This document shows positions 62,521 to 64,000 of a stretch of DNA of 64,000 nt, one piece after another. The DNA comes from Dipteris shenzhenensis (Eukaryota), in assembly GCA_047967505.1 (NCBI GenBank), contig CM106538.1, one strand, 5' to 3'. Each line of letters opens with the position of its first letter. Positions within the stretch are counted from its first letter, which is position 1. Below the pieces are notes generated by a model. That model searched no databases and was not told the origin of the DNA. It was given only the letters and a program-made list of their open reading frames with translations. The position numbers were made by a program, and so were the translations under genes.

Positions 62521-64000
62521 CCTTGAGGATTCAATATCTGCACCATGCCAATGGATCCTTCCATTCCAAGCACTAGAAAGAGAAGCTAGGAGGCCTCTAC
62601 AGCCAAAGACAAATGGTAACCAGAGTTGGATGGGGCTTTGGACTTGCTCGAGTGACAGAGGATCAAAGTAGTGGGCCTTTTTGGCATGGACTGGACCCTC
62701 AACCCAAAAGTACGAGTACTTAAACTCTTCCTCCTCCACACTCGCACTTAATGACATATACCTAGATGAATCTAGGAACATTCCCAAACTCAACCTCTAA
62801 AAACACAACATAGTGCAGTTTCAATCTCATGATAGTCACTCACAAGGTTGAAAACCATAATGACACCTCCATTGTACAATAGGATGAGTACTCAACAAGG
62901 CACATGAAGATGATATCTGCTAGTCTTTCCTACGATTCATCAATAGCAGTGATGTGTTTCAATTGCATTTGGCCACACTACAAGAAATATTAAACTGACC
63001 TGATCAACTAACATCACCATCAAAGAGGCACAATGTTTAAAGGTCGAACTTTGACATAAGGGCCTTCACCCTTCTTACAACATCTCCACCCTTCTATATG
63101 GGCCATCCATGCAACATCACAACAAGCCACATCCGCACCTTGGGGGGAATGCGACAAGCTATTCTTAAAGTAAATGAGTGTTCAAGCTATTTGTAGCATG
63201 AACCTGGACAGGGATCTAGGAGAACCATGCTACAACTCCCTAGGATGCAATAACCAATTTCGTGTAAAGTAACAACGAATTGTCTCAACCCCCTAGCCAA
63301 GTTGATTGTATGCTATGGATAATATTTATTTGCCCATTTGCTTTAGCACATGCCCTTCCTTAATAGTCAAACACCAATTTTCGTGGCCACACCAAAGGTT
63401 GACAAAACTCTCAAGTGATTCTTAAATGTCATCAAAATCACTAGACGATACCTCAAGGCCCCTCATGGTGTTCCAATAAAATAAGTGTAAGTTTGAAGGC
63501 AACCAATAAAGTAATGAATGGATGTCATGCATAACATCAACTTGGAATTATCCACACACTTGCATACATATATTTCAAAAGAAGAGGATAACTCCCAACT
63601 CACATTACTTTCGCCCCACGGCACTCAAATTACTATCCGTCTTCATTCTAATGGCTTTCTCCATCTTCATATTCTAATGGCTTCTATCAAAGCCATTGTG
63701 GCTTTTTGCATATAATTGTTATAGTAGCTTCCATATCACAATGGTTTTCTCCAAGCAACTGAAGGCTCATTTCACGTTTTTCAATGGTTTCTATCAAACC
63801 ATTTTGTTTTTTTTCATATAATGGTTTATTCTCATTTCTATTCTTGAAAACATACATAATCAGCAAGCTATATACCTTTAAAATGTTCGGAAGCACATTG
63901 CAATAGAACTCCTGACAATATTCATTACAACTTTAAGGCAAAATTAACTTATGCAAGTTTTTTCACGTGCTACACTCATACAATTACCACTGTCAAGATC

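Noticed and set aside
62800-64000. Possible DNA-transposon transposase relic at the window end
   Set aside because: No diagnostic motif recoverable by eye; would need BLASTx.

Overview
TE-rich plant nuclear DNA, most likely from a fern. This is inferred from a mitochondrial insert whose nad4L needs both C-to-U and reverse U-to-C editing, plus the TE density. The only host gene is the 5' half of a U2AF large-subunit (U2AF65) gene on the minus strand (5 coding exons, 12355->3372). Its introns hold a Copia with an open gag, a very young Gag-only LTR element (TR-GAG type) and a truncated Gypsy-like piece. Just upstream of the gene is a ~2 kb mitochondrial-type insert with unedited nad4L, a bacterial-type tRNA-Leu(GAG) and an unknown 246-codon ORF broken by one TAG. 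A decayed 15.3 kb Copia (21161-36442, TSD CATCT) contains a spacerless perfect 260-bp palindrome in its leader. It also contains a nested 7.7 kb Gypsy element with a tRNA-His PBS, a 4-bp TSD, no RT, and an archaeal-type RNase H placed upstream of gag. The rest is LINE, Copia, Gypsy and probable MULE remnants and a ~10.5 kb tandem array of 2.3-3.5 kb units. All calls are by eye from the sequence; no searches were run.
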